Positions 9,900 to 18,558 of a stretch of 64,000 nucleotides of DNA are shown in pieces. Under the pieces are notes generated by a model, which worked only from the letters and a program-made list of their open reading frames with translations, was not told the origin of the DNA and searched no databases. Every line of letters starts with the position of its first letter. The stretch's first letter is position 1. The position numbers and the translations under genes were made by a program. The DNA is from an uncultured Actinomycetes bacterium (GTDB lineage Bacteria > Actinomycetota > Thermoleophilia > Gaiellales > Gaiellaceae). Location of the stretch: positions 67,069 to 131,068 of the forward strand of contig CAVPJY010000012.1 of assembly GCA_963705535.1 (NCBI GenBank). Reading direction: 5' to 3'.

Positions 9900-9973
9900 T
9901 GGGCCCGCCTGGACTCGAACCAGGGACCAACCGATTATGAGTCGGCTGCTCTGACCAGCTGAGCTACGGGCCC
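9900..9973 (-). tRNA. tRNA with anticodon CAT (elongator Met, or Ile2 if lysidinylated); CCA not encoded
   Basis: Hand-folded cloverleaf. Acceptor stem GGGCCCG/CGGGCCC. D arm GCTC-AGCTGGTCA-GAGC. Anticodon arm GCCGA-CTCATAA-TCGGT. T arm CCTGG-TTCGAGT-CCAGG. Discriminator A. Confidence 0.9.
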
Positions 9974-10041
9974 GCCGCCTCGAGCGTAACCGACGGTTCC
10001 GGCGAGCCGGGCACCACCGCTGCTGACAGAATAGTGGGCGC

Positions 10042-10494
10042 GTGAAGACGTACCAGTACGAGGCGCACCTGCGAACGGCGGGCGGGCTGACCGTCACGGA
10101 CATCACCGACGAGGTGCAGGAGGCGGTGAGCCAGAGCGGGATCCGCGACGGCATCTGCTGCATCTACTCGCCGCACACGACCTGCCAGGTCCGCGTGAAC
10201 GAGTGGGAGCGCGGGTTCCTCGAGGACTTCGCGGTGCTCCTCAAGCGCCTCGTCCCGTCCGAGCATTACTACGCGCACGACGACTGGGACCGCCGGACGG
10301 AGAACGTCTGCGAGGAGGACATGGATGTGGGCAACGGCCACGCGCACTGCATGTCGATGCTCCTCGGCCCCGCCGGCGAGTCCATCCCGGTCCGCGACGG
10401 TGAGCTCCAGCTCGGCCAGTGGCAGCGCATCCTCTTCATGGAGCTCGACCGCGAGCGCGATCGACGCTGGACCGTTCAGGTCGTGGGGGTGTAG
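10042..10494 (+). CDS. YjbQ/UPF0047 family secondary thiamine-phosphate synthase-like protein
   Basis: ORF track (GTG start). Family-typical blocks: TDITDEVQEAV...GICCIYSPHTTC...NEWE...GNGHAHCMSMLLGP...LQLGQWQRI. Confidence 0.85.
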   Translation: MKTYQYEAHLRTAGGLTVTDITDEVQEAVSQSGIRDGICCIYSPHTTCQVRVNEWERGFLEDFAVLLKRLVPSEHYYAHDDWDRRTENVCEEDMDVGNGHAHCMSMLLGPAGESIPVRDGELQLGQWQRILFMELDRERDRRWTVQVVGV

Positions 10495-10509
10495 GTCAGC
10501 GGAGAAGCA

Positions 10510-10537
10510 GGTGACAGTCACCGCGGTGACAGTCACC
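10510..10537. repeat. Doubled palindrome GGTGACAGTCACC-GC-GGTGACAGTCACC
   Basis: Read directly. Lies between convergent gene ends (10494 and 10568). Same motif family as 18511-18539 and 57743-57771. Confidence 0.8.
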
Positions 10538-10567
10538 GCCCGCCCTCTGTAGTACCCCGGTCGACCG

Positions 10568-11338
10568 CTACTCCGGTGTGACGTAGGCGGCCGTCAGGCC
10601 GCCGTCCACGACGAAGGTCGCGCCGTTCACGAACGACGACTCGTCGCTGGCGAGGAAGAGCGCCGCGTCCACGATCTCGCGCGGCTTCCCCAGCCGTCCC
10701 GTGGGCCAGTGCACCTGGCGCCGCGCGAACGCAGCCGGGTCGTCCCCGTAGATCGCGAGCAGGAGCGGCGTCTCCACCGGCCCCGGGCAGAGCGCGTTCA
10801 CGCGCACGCCCTGCCGCGCGAACTGGACGCCGAGCTCCCTGCTCATCGCGAGAACGGCGCCCTTCGACGCCGTATACGAGATCTGCGACGTCGCCGCGCC
10901 GAGGATGGCGACGAACGACGCAACGTTGATGACGGACCCCCCGCCACGCCTCAGCAGGTAGGGGATGCCGTGCTTGCAGCAGAGGAAGACGCCCTTCGCG
11001 TTGACGTCCTGGACGCGCTGCCAAGCCTCCTCCGAGGTGTCGAGCACAGAGGCGTCGTCGGCCGGTGAGATCCCCGCGTTGTTGTAGAGCACATCGACGC
11101 CGCCGAAGCGCTCGGCCGTCGCCGCGTACATCCGCTCGACGTCGCGCTCGTCGGCCACGTTCACGGTCTGCGCGAACGCCTCGCCGGAGCACAGCCCGAC
11201 GGTCTCCTGCGCGAGCTCGGCGTCGACGTCGGCGACACAGACGCTCGCTCCCTCGGCCGTGAAGACGATCGCCGCCTCGCGCCCCATCCCGCCGCCGGCG
11301 CCCGTGATGACGCACACCTTCCCGTCGAGCCTGCCCAT
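10568..11338 (-). CDS. SDR family oxidoreductase
   Basis: ORF track. Has the TGAGGGMG cofactor motif, NNAG, and a YxxxK context (YTASKGAV). Confidence 0.9.
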   Translation of the reverse strand: MGRLDGKVCVITGAGGGMGREAAIVFTAEGASVCVADVDAELAQETVGLCSGEAFAQTVNVADERDVERMYAATAERFGGVDVLYNNAGISPADDASVLDTSEEAWQRVQDVNAKGVFLCCKHGIPYLLRRGGGSVINVASFVAILGAATSQISYTASKGAVLAMSRELGVQFARQGVRVNALCPGPVETPLLLAIYGDDPAAFARRQVHWPTGRLGKPREIVDAALFLASDESSFVNGATFVVDGGLTAAYVTPE

Positions 11339-11340
11339 AC

Positions 11341-12693
11341 CTAGACCTCCGTCGAGACGAAGACGCTCTTGACCTCGGAGTAGCCGTCGAGCGCCTGCAT
11401 CCCGAGCTCGCGGCCGAACCCCGACTGCTTGAAGCCCCCGAACGGCGTCTGCACCCGCACGGACGAGTTCGAGTTCACGGACAGCACGCCGGTCTCGAGG
11501 GCACGCGCGACCCGCAGGGCGCGCGCACCCTCACGCGTCCAGATGGAGCCGGAGAGACCATAGGGCGTGTCATTCGCGATCCGGATCGCGTCGGCCTCGT
11601 CGTCGAACGGGATGACGGCGGCCACCGGCCCGAAGACCTCGTCGCGCGCGATTCGGTCCTCGTTCGTCGCCTCGACGAGGGTGCAGGGGTACCAGAACCC
11701 GGGGCCGTCGGGCACCGGGCCACGGAACAGCGGCTCGCCGTCGACGAAGGACGCGACGAGCTCGCGGTGCGCCGCCGAGACGAGCGGGCCCATCTCCGTC
11801 GCATCGTCCGCCGGGTCGCCGACGACGACCTTCCCGGTGGACTCCACGAGGAGCTCCAGGAACCGGTCGTACACCGAGCGCTCCACGAGGATGCGCGAGC
11901 GCGCGCAGCAGTCCTGGCCGGCGTTGTCGAACACGGCATAGGGCGCCGCGGTTGCCGCGCGCTCGAGGTCGGCGTCCGCGAAGACGATGTTCGCGGACTT
12001 CCCGCCGAGCTCGAGCGTGACGCGCTTGATCGTGCCGGCCGCCCCCTGCATCACGAGGCGGCCGACCTCCGTCGAGCCGGTGAAACCGACCTTGGCCACG
12101 TCCGGGTGCTCGATGAGCCGCTGCCCGACCACGGAGCCCTTCCCCGCGAGGACGTTCAGGACGCCGTCCGGGATGCCCGCCTCGAGCGCGAGCTCCGCGA
12201 GGCGCAGCGCGGAGAGCGGCGTCAGCTCCGCGGGCTTGAGGACGACCGTGTTCCCGCAGGCGAGGGCGGGGCCGACCTTCCAGCTCGCGATGTTGAGCGG
12301 GAAGTTCCACGGGACGATGAGACCGACGACACCGAGCGGCTCGCGGAACGTGGCCGCCACTCCGCCGGCCACCGGGATCGTGTCCCCGTAGTGCTTGTCC
12401 ACAGCGCCCGCGTAGAAGTGGAAGACCTGGGCGACCATACCGACCTCGCCGCGCGCGCCCGAGATCGGCTTGCCCACGTTGTGGGACTCGATGCGCGCGA
12501 GTTCCTCCGCGTTCTCCTCCACCAGCGCGGCGAGCCGGCGGAGCAGACGCGAGCGGTCGGCCGGGGCGACAGAGCGCCAGGCGGGAAGCGCTTCCTTCGC
12601 ACGGGCGACCGCCTCGTCCGCCTCCTCGACGCCAGCTTGCTCCAGCTCGGCGATCGGCTCCTCGGTCGCCGGGTTGAGGACCGTGAAGGTCAC
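11341..12693 (-). CDS. NAD(P)-dependent aldehyde dehydrogenase (PuuC-like role)
   Basis: ORF 11341..12900 trimmed to the in-frame GTG at 12693 (VTFTVLNPATEEPI). ALDH motifs present: VPWNFPL, FTGSTEVG, LELGGKS, QDCCARSR, PFGGFKQSG. Confidence 0.9.
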   Translation of the reverse strand: MTFTVLNPATEEPIAELEQAGVEEADEAVARAKEALPAWRSVAPADRSRLLRRLAALVEENAEELARIESHNVGKPISGARGEVGMVAQVFHFYAGAVDKHYGDTIPVAGGVAATFREPLGVVGLIVPWNFPLNIASWKVGPALACGNTVVLKPAELTPLSALRLAELALEAGIPDGVLNVLAGKGSVVGQRLIEHPDVAKVGFTGSTEVGRLVMQGAAGTIKRVTLELGGKSANIVFADADLERAATAAPYAVFDNAGQDCCARSRILVERSVYDRFLELLVESTGKVVVGDPADDATEMGPLVSAAHRELVASFVDGEPLFRGPVPDGPGFWYPCTLVEATNEDRIARDEVFGPVAAVIPFDDEADAIRIANDTPYGLSGSIWTREGARALRVARALETGVLSVNSNSSVRVQTPFGGFKQSGFGRELGMQALDGYSEVKSVFVSTEV

Positions 12694-12896
12694 GCGCCGT
12701 ACAGCCCCCGGTTCTGCCGCATCCGGAAGATCGCGTAGACGACCCACGCGAAGACGGGCACGACGAGCAGCGCGACGATCCACAGCGCCTTCCCGCCTCC
12801 GGACAGCGCCCGGTTGCGCAGCACGTCCGCGATGAAGACGATCGACAGAGCCACGTAGATGATCCCGAGCCCCCAGTACATGCGTCTCCTTTCCAC
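12690..12896 (-). CDS. PLDc_N-type small membrane protein
   Basis: 68-aa ORF, two TM helices: WGLGIIYVALSIVFIADVLRN...KALWIVALLVVPVFAWVVYAIF. Its TGA overlaps the ALDH GTG (GTGA). Confidence 0.6.
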   Translation of the reverse strand: MERRRMYWGLGIIYVALSIVFIADVLRNRALSGGGKALWIVALLVVPVFAWVVYAIFRMRQNRGLYGA

Positions 12897-12918
12897 CCAC
12901 CGGCTCGCGCCGATGCGG

Positions 12919-13635
12919 TCAGCCGTCCTCTCTCGCGGCGCGGTACGCCCGCGCTTCGCGTACCAGCCCCTCGAAGAGCGCCTGGTCCTCGCCCGCCTCG
13001 GGATGCCACTGGACGCCGACCGCGAAGCGGCGCGACGGGTCCTCGACCGCCTCCAGGGTGCCGTCCTGCGCCCAGGCAGTCTCCGTCAGCCCCTCGCCAA
13101 TACGGCCGAGCGCCTGATGGTGGTGGGACGCGACGTCCGAGCGCGCCCCGATCAGCGACGCCAGATGCGTGCCCTCCTTCACATCGACCGGGTGCTCGGA
13201 GAACGTGCCCGGGATCTCCTTGTGCGCGTCGTGACCGACCGCCTCCGGCAGGTGCTGGACGAGGTCGCCGCCCCGCGCGATGTTCAGGAGCTGGAAGCCG
13301 CGGCAGACAGCGAGCACCGGAAGATCGCGCTCGAGCGCGGAGCGCAGCAGCGCGAGCTCGCCCGCGTCGCGGCGCGCTTGCGGCGAGTCGGTCTCGGGGT
13401 GCGCGGCCGCGCCGTAGCGAGCGGGGTCGATGTCCGCGCCGCCGGAGAACACGATCCCGTCGAGCGCGTCGATCGTCTCCTCCACGCCCTCCTCACTCGG
13501 CGGGATGAGGACGGGACGACCGCCCGCCCGCTCCACCGCCTCGACGTAGGAGAGCGGGATGAGCGCGGCCGGCAGCCGCCAGACGCCCCAGCTCGCCTCC
13601 TGGGCGTACGTCGTGATCCCGATCACGGGCCTCAT
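12919..13635 (-). CDS. Gamma-glutamyl-gamma-aminobutyrate hydrolase family (peptidase C26, PuuD-like)
   Basis: ORF track. Contains IGITTY..., GIVFSGGADIDP, LAVCRGFQLLN and GVQWHPE. Confidence 0.85.
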   Translation of the reverse strand: MRPVIGITTYAQEASWGVWRLPAALIPLSYVEAVERAGGRPVLIPPSEEGVEETIDALDGIVFSGGADIDPARYGAAAHPETDSPQARRDAGELALLRSALERDLPVLAVCRGFQLLNIARGGDLVQHLPEAVGHDAHKEIPGTFSEHPVDVKEGTHLASLIGARSDVASHHHQALGRIGEGLTETAWAQDGTLEAVEDPSRRFAVGVQWHPEAGEDQALFEGLVREARAYRAAREDG

Positions 13636-14447
13636 GCCGGCTCAGTCTCCACGATCCAGAGTGTGCCGTCAGCGCACTCGAGCGCGGGACCGTCCAGAGG
13701 CTCGCGACTGACGCGCAGGACGCGCACGCGCTCGCCGTCGAGGTCGGTCAGGGCGCCACGGTCGCCGGGGGTCTGGGAGTGGAACCGCCAGGCGCGCACC
13801 TGGCGCTCGACCTCGTCCACCGTCTTCGAGCGATCGATCCAGATGTACTCGGGCTCGAAGAACGAGAAGTACGTCCCCTCTCCCTGCTGCTCGTCGCCGG
13901 GGTCCCCGAGCTCCGCCCGCTCGAGCGCCGCAGGGAGCGTTCCGCCGACGGCCGTGACGAGCTTCGGCTCCAGCTCCTCCCAGGAGTGCTCGTCGCCGAG
14001 CGGGATCGTCGTCTGGGCGAGGATCGCGCCCGTGTCGAGCTCCGCGTCCATGTAGTGGAAGGTGAAGCCGATCTCGGTCTCCCCGTTCCGAATCGCCCAG
14101 GAGACGGGGCTGGGGCCTCGGTAGCGCGGCAGCAGCGAGGGGTGCCCGTTCACGATCCCGCGCCTGGGGACCGCGATCGCGTCGGGCGGGATCTTCCACG
14201 GGAACGCGGCGCAGAGAGCGAGGTCCGGCTCGTAGAGCTCGAGCAGCGGGGCGATCCTCGCCCGGGTCGCGGGCATCACGACGTCGAGCTCGCCGGGCGC
14301 GCTTGCCACCACCTCGGCCACGCGTCCGTAGCGATCGGCCCCCTCGCGCGTGCAGAGGAGCGCGACCGGCTCGTGCCCGAGGCTCCTGAGGAAGCTCGTG
14401 TACCCGTGCACCGCCGGCGTGACCTGCGAGATCAAGACGACCCTCAC
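13632..14447 (-). CDS. Formyltransferase-family protein (Fmt/PurN-like N-domain, divergent C-domain)
   Basis: ORF track. Has IVNGHPSLLPRYRGPSPVSWAI and the FHYMDAELDTG motif of formyl_trans_N. Start and stop overlap the neighbouring genes. Confidence 0.7.
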   Translation of the reverse strand: MRVVLISQVTPAVHGYTSFLRSLGHEPVALLCTREGADRYGRVAEVVASAPGELDVVMPATRARIAPLLELYEPDLALCAAFPWKIPPDAIAVPRRGIVNGHPSLLPRYRGPSPVSWAIRNGETEIGFTFHYMDAELDTGAILAQTTIPLGDEHSWEELEPKLVTAVGGTLPAALERAELGDPGDEQQGEGTYFSFFEPEYIWIDRSKTVDEVERQVRAWRFHSQTPGDRGALTDLDGERVRVLRVSREPLDGPALECADGTLWIVETEPA

Positions 14448-14454
14448 AGGCGGC

Positions 14455-15798
14455 CTAGCCTCTCTCGAAGTAGCGCTTGCGCTCCCAGTCGGTGACGGTC
14501 TTGTCGTAGAGCGCCTGCTCGGTGCGCGCGTAGTTCAGGTAGTGGTCGACGACCTGGTCGCCGAATGCGGCCCGGGCCATCGCGCTTCCCTCGAGCGTGG
14601 TGATCGCGTCGCGCATCGAGGACGGGAAGCGGTCGGCGCCGGACTCGTAGGCGTTCCCCTCGAGCGGCTGCGGGAGACGGAGCTCGTTCTCGATGCCGTA
14701 CAGGCCCGAGGCGATGATCGCGGCGAACGCCAGGTACGGGTTCACGTCGCCGCCCGGGATCCGGGTCTCCACCCGGAGCGACTGTCCGTGTCCGACGATG
14801 CGGAACCCGCACGTCCGGTTGTCGTGCCCCCACGCGAGAGTCGTCGGAGCCCAGCTTCCCGCCGCATAGCGCTTGTACGAGTTGATGGTCGGGGCGAAGA
14901 GGATCGCGAGCTCCTTCGCGCAGGCGATCTGCCCTGCGAGGAAGCGCCGGAAGAGCGGCGTCTCCCGCTCCCCTCGCGCGAAGGCGTTCCGGCCGCCTCG
15001 CCAGAGGCTCGCGTGGATGTGACACGAGCTCCCGATCCAGCTCTCGAACGGCTTGGCCATGAACGTGATCGCGCACCCGTTCAGATGCGCGATCTCCTTC
15101 GCGCCGTTCTTGTAGATCACGTGGTCGTCCGCCATGCGCACGGCGTCCGTGAAGCGGAAGTTGATCTCGTGCTGTCCGGGCCACGCCTCGCCCTTCGAGG
15201 TCTCGACCCGCATGCCGGCGGCCTGCATCCCGTTGCGGATCTGACGGAGCAGCGGCTCGTCGTAGGTCGAGGCGAGGATGTGGTAGTCGAGGATGTACGG
15301 GACGGAGGGCGTGAGCTCCTCGTAGCCCTGCGCCCAGGCCTCCTCGTACGTCTCGCGCAGCAGGAAGAACTCGAGCTCGGAGCCGACCATCGGCGTGAGG
15401 CCGAGCGCCTCCGCGCGCGCGACCTGCGCCCGCAGGACCTGCCGGGGTGACGGCGCGACCGGCGAGCCGTCGTGCCACTGCACGTCGCCGAGCACGAGCG
15501 CGGTCGCCTCGAGCCAGGGGATGCGCCGCAGCGTCGAGAGGTCGGGCTGGATCCCGAAGTCGCCGTAGCCCTGATCCCAGCTCGCGATCTCGTAGCCGGG
15601 CACCGGGTCCATCTCCATCTCGAGGGCGAGCAGGTAGTTGCAGCCCTCGACCTCGTGACCCGCCTCGACCTCCTCGAGGAAGAAATCCGCCTGGAGGCGC
15701 TTCCCGAGGAGCCGGCCCTGCATGTCGGCGAACGCGACGATCACGGTGTCGACCTCGCCGCGGCCTATCAGCGCCTTCAGCTCGTCGAAGCTCGGCAT
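14455..15798 (-). CDS. Glutamine synthetase family protein (gamma-glutamyl-amine synthetase, PuuA/GlnA3-4-like)
   Basis: ORF 14455..15837 trimmed to ATG at 15798 (MPSFDELKALI). GS catalytic-domain blocks present: GSELEFFL, KGEAWPGQHEINF, SSCHIHASLW, NSYKRY, NRTCGFRI. Confidence 0.9.
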   Translation of the reverse strand: MPSFDELKALIGRGEVDTVIVAFADMQGRLLGKRLQADFFLEEVEAGHEVEGCNYLLALEMEMDPVPGYEIASWDQGYGDFGIQPDLSTLRRIPWLEATALVLGDVQWHDGSPVAPSPRQVLRAQVARAEALGLTPMVGSELEFFLLRETYEEAWAQGYEELTPSVPYILDYHILASTYDEPLLRQIRNGMQAAGMRVETSKGEAWPGQHEINFRFTDAVRMADDHVIYKNGAKEIAHLNGCAITFMAKPFESWIGSSCHIHASLWRGGRNAFARGERETPLFRRFLAGQIACAKELAILFAPTINSYKRYAAGSWAPTTLAWGHDNRTCGFRIVGHGQSLRVETRIPGGDVNPYLAFAAIIASGLYGIENELRLPQPLEGNAYESGADRFPSSMRDAITTLEGSAMARAAFGDQVVDHYLNYARTEQALYDKTVTDWERKRYFERG

Positions 15799-15825
15799 GC
15801 GCGCGATCCTAATGCGCCGCGCGAC

Positions 15826-15856
15826 TTGACATGACACCTTCCGGCGTTGCTGAATA
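15826..15856 (+). promoter_or_regulatory. Candidate promoter for the APC permease gene
   Basis: Perfect TTGACA at 15826-15831, then TGAATA at 15851-15856 (19-nt spacer, slightly long). AGGAGG at 15871-15876 and ATG at 15882 follow. Confidence 0.35.
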
Positions 15857-15881
15857 CCCCGTCAGCGACAAGGAGGATGGG

Positions 15882-17516
15882 ATGAGCACGGGTCCTGAGG
15901 GGGGCAGCTACCACACCTCGGAGGACGAGAAGATCCTCCACAAGCTCGGCTACGCGCAGGAGCTCTTCCGCGCGATGGGCGGGTTCCGCAACTTCGCGAT
16001 CAGCTTCACGATCATCTCGATCCTCGCGGGGTGCCTGACCTCGTACAACGTCGGATTCGAGCACGGCGGCCCGATGTGGATCACGTACGGCTGGCTGCTC
16101 GTCGGGCTCATGTCCACGATCATCGCTCTGGGAATGGCCGAGATCGCCTCGGCCTACCCGACCGCGGGAGGTCTCTACTACTGGGCCTCGAAGCTCGGAA
16201 GCCCGGGCTGGGGCTGGGCGACCGGCTGGTTCAACCTCATCGGCCAGATCGCGGTCACGGCCGCGATCGGCTACGGTCTCGCGCTCTTCGGGCAGGCCCT
16301 CTTCGACTTCTGGTTCTCGTACTCGGAGCACATGAACGACTGGTTCGGCGCGTCGTTCGACTGCTCGACGTACATCCTGTATGCGCTGTTCCTGACCGCG
16401 GCGGCGCTCATCAACGTCTTCGACATCCGCATCACGTCGGGGTTGAACGCGATCTCGGCCTGGTGGCACATGGTCGGCGTCGTGGTCATCGTCGGGATCC
16501 TCATCATCGTCCCCGACCGCCACCAATCGCTCTCGTACGTCTTCACCGAGACCGTGAACAACTCGGGCTTCGGCGACGGCACGACCAAGTTCGGCCTGGC
16601 GTTCCTGCTCGTGCTCGGACTCGGCATGCTGCTGCCCCAGTACACGATCACGGGCTTCGATGCGTCGGCGCATACGGCCGAGGAGACCCAGCAAGCGTCT
16701 CGGATGGCGGCGACAGGAATGTGGACGTCGGTCGTCGTGTCCGTCATCTTCGGGTGGATCCTGCTCGTCGCGGTGACGTTCGCGATCCCGAGCACCGAGG
16801 GCGCGCTCGAGACCGTCAACGCCCTCGGGCTGCTCGTGCCGTGGATCTGGGCGAACTCGATGAGTCAGAACTGGGCGGAGGCGCTCCTCTTCATCTGCGT
16901 CGTCGCCCAGTTCTTCTGCGTGACCGCGTCGGTGACGTCGGCGTCGCGGATGATGTTCGCCTTCTCGCGCGACCGTGCCGTCCCAGGGCACCAGCTCTGG
17001 CGCCGCGTGTCCCGCCACCGCGTGCCCGTGTACTCGGTGTTCGGCATCTGGTTCTTCGCGGCGGTCCTCATGATCCCCGCCGTCTGGAACTACTTCGTCG
17101 GCTATGCCGTCGGGACCGCGATCGCGGTGATCGGGCTCTACATCGCCTTCGCCATCCCGGTCTACCTCCGCTGGCGGCTCGGGGACAGCTGGGACGAGCC
17201 GAGGGCGTGGAGCCTGGGCAAGCACTACAAGTGGATCGACCCGCTCTCGGTCCTCTGGGTCGCGTTGATCACTATCGTCTTCGTGATCCCGCTGTACAAG
17301 GTGGGCCTCCCGTGGGACGAGAACTTCACGTGGGAGTTCACCAACTACACGATCCTCTGGTTCGCCGGCATCGGCCTTATCTTTGGCGGCTGGTGGTTCA
17401 TCTCGGCGAAGAACTGGTTCAAGGGACCAGTGCGCATGGGCACCGACGAGGAGCTCGAGCGCCTCGAGGAGGAGCAGCTCGGACAGTTCGAGCTTCCGAC
17501 CGAGGCCGGCGCGTAG
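15882..17516 (+). CDS. APC superfamily amino acid/amine permease
   Basis: ORF 15831..17516 trimmed to the ATG after AGGAGG. Roughly 12 hydrophobic spans. FAISFTIISILAG and MAEIASAYPTAGGLYYW are typical of APC transporters. Confidence 0.9.
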   Translation: MSTGPEGGSYHTSEDEKILHKLGYAQELFRAMGGFRNFAISFTIISILAGCLTSYNVGFEHGGPMWITYGWLLVGLMSTIIALGMAEIASAYPTAGGLYYWASKLGSPGWGWATGWFNLIGQIAVTAAIGYGLALFGQALFDFWFSYSEHMNDWFGASFDCSTYILYALFLTAAALINVFDIRITSGLNAISAWWHMVGVVVIVGILIIVPDRHQSLSYVFTETVNNSGFGDGTTKFGLAFLLVLGLGMLLPQYTITGFDASAHTAEETQQASRMAATGMWTSVVVSVIFGWILLVAVTFAIPSTEGALETVNALGLLVPWIWANSMSQNWAEALLFICVVAQFFCVTASVTSASRMMFAFSRDRAVPGHQLWRRVSRHRVPVYSVFGIWFFAAVLMIPAVWNYFVGYAVGTAIAVIGLYIAFAIPVYLRWRLGDSWDEPRAWSLGKHYKWIDPLSVLWVALITIVFVIPLYKVGLPWDENFTWEFTNYTILWFAGIGLIFGGWWFISAKNWFKGPVRMGTDEELERLEEEQLGQFELPTEAGA

Positions 17517-17528
17517 CGCCTCGTTCCC

Positions 17529-17598
17529 AGACCGGGGATCCGCGAAAGCGGATCCCCGGTCTCGCAATCGCTGAAGCGCGACCACTCGCGCGGTCGCG
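17529..17598. repeat. REP-like two-hairpin element
   Basis: Hairpin AGACCGGGGATCCGC-GAAA-GCGGATCCCCGGTCT (17529-17562), then CGCTGAAG, then hairpin CGCGACC...GGTCGCG (17577-17598). Lies between convergent genes. Confidence 0.75.
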
Positions 17599-17612
17599 GT
17601 GCTGCTTCTCTG

Positions 17613-18506
17613 TCAGCCGCGCAGCGCGCTCGTGAACGTCGGCTCGGACGCAGTCCTGCGCAGGCGCTCGAAGTGCTCGGAGGCGTAGCCGACGAAGTCG
17701 AAGTCGAGCGCGGAGACGGCGCACTGCACCACGCCCCACATCGCCTCGCGGAAGTCGGACATGAAGCGCATGAGCTCGAGCGCGGCCTCGTCCTCGGCTC
17801 GCGTCGCCCCGAAGTAGGAGTCGAGGAGCCGTCGCCGACCGTCCGCGTCCAGCTCGTGGTTGATCGCGAAGTTCGCGAGGTCGAAGAAGCGATCCCCCAT
17901 CCCGGCGTACTCCCAGTCGACGACGAAGAGCCGCTCGCCGTCGTCGAGGAAGTTCGCGTTCAGGAGGTCGTTGTGGCAGGGCACCGGGGTATCGGCCGCG
18001 CGCAGCCGCTCGATCCGCCCCGCGCGCTCGTGTGCCCACTCGTAGTCGGCCGGGATCGTCCCCCCGCGAGAGAGCGCGGTGTCCCGGTACTCCTCCACGA
18101 CGCGGAACGCGTCGAAGCGGCCGGGGATGGGGGCGCCCTCGTGGAAGAGCCTGAGCGCGCGGGCGACGCGCTCGAGCGTCTTTGGCTCGCGCATCCGCGC
18201 GAGCGACGGGATCTCGCCGGCCACGAACCGGGTCACGAGCCAGCCTTCCGGCTCGACGAACTGCACGACGTCCGGTCCGATGCCCAGCACAGCGGCCGCG
18301 CGCGTGGCTGCGAGCTCCACGCCCCGGTCGATCCCCAGGAGCTCCGTGTCCTTGCCCGCGACGCGGAGGACGTACGTGTCGCCGTCGAGCTCGACCTTGA
18401 CATTGTGGTTCGTGATCCCGCCCCCGAGAACCTCGAAGCGCGCGCCTCGACCGGGCCAGACGCGCTCCACGGCAGCTGCGAGGTGGTCGGTCATGGGCGC
18501 TGACAC
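17613..18506 (-). CDS. Choline/ethanolamine kinase-family phosphotransferase (APH fold)
   Basis: ORF track. Has GGITNHNVKV, CHNDLLNANFL and VVDWEYAGMGDRFFDLANF (Brenner and DxD motifs). The start is either GTG at 18506 or ATG at 18494. Confidence 0.8.
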   Translation of the reverse strand: MSAPMTDHLAAAVERVWPGRGARFEVLGGGITNHNVKVELDGDTYVLRVAGKDTELLGIDRGVELAATRAAAVLGIGPDVVQFVEPEGWLVTRFVAGEIPSLARMREPKTLERVARALRLFHEGAPIPGRFDAFRVVEEYRDTALSRGGTIPADYEWAHERAGRIERLRAADTPVPCHNDLLNANFLDDGERLFVVDWEYAGMGDRFFDLANFAINHELDADGRRRLLDSYFGATRAEDEAALELMRFMSDFREAMWGVVQCAVSALDFDFVGYASEHFERLRRTASEPTFTSALRG

Positions 18507-18510
18507 TCCG

Positions 18511-18539
18511 GGTGACTGTCACCTTCGGTGACGGTCACC
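18511..18539. repeat. Doubled palindrome GGTGACTGTCACC-TTC-GGTGACGGTCACC
   Basis: Read directly. Sits between the DMGDH-like stop (18559) and the kinase start (18506). Confidence 0.8.
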
Positions 18540-18558
18540 GGTTTGGACGCTCCTCGCG

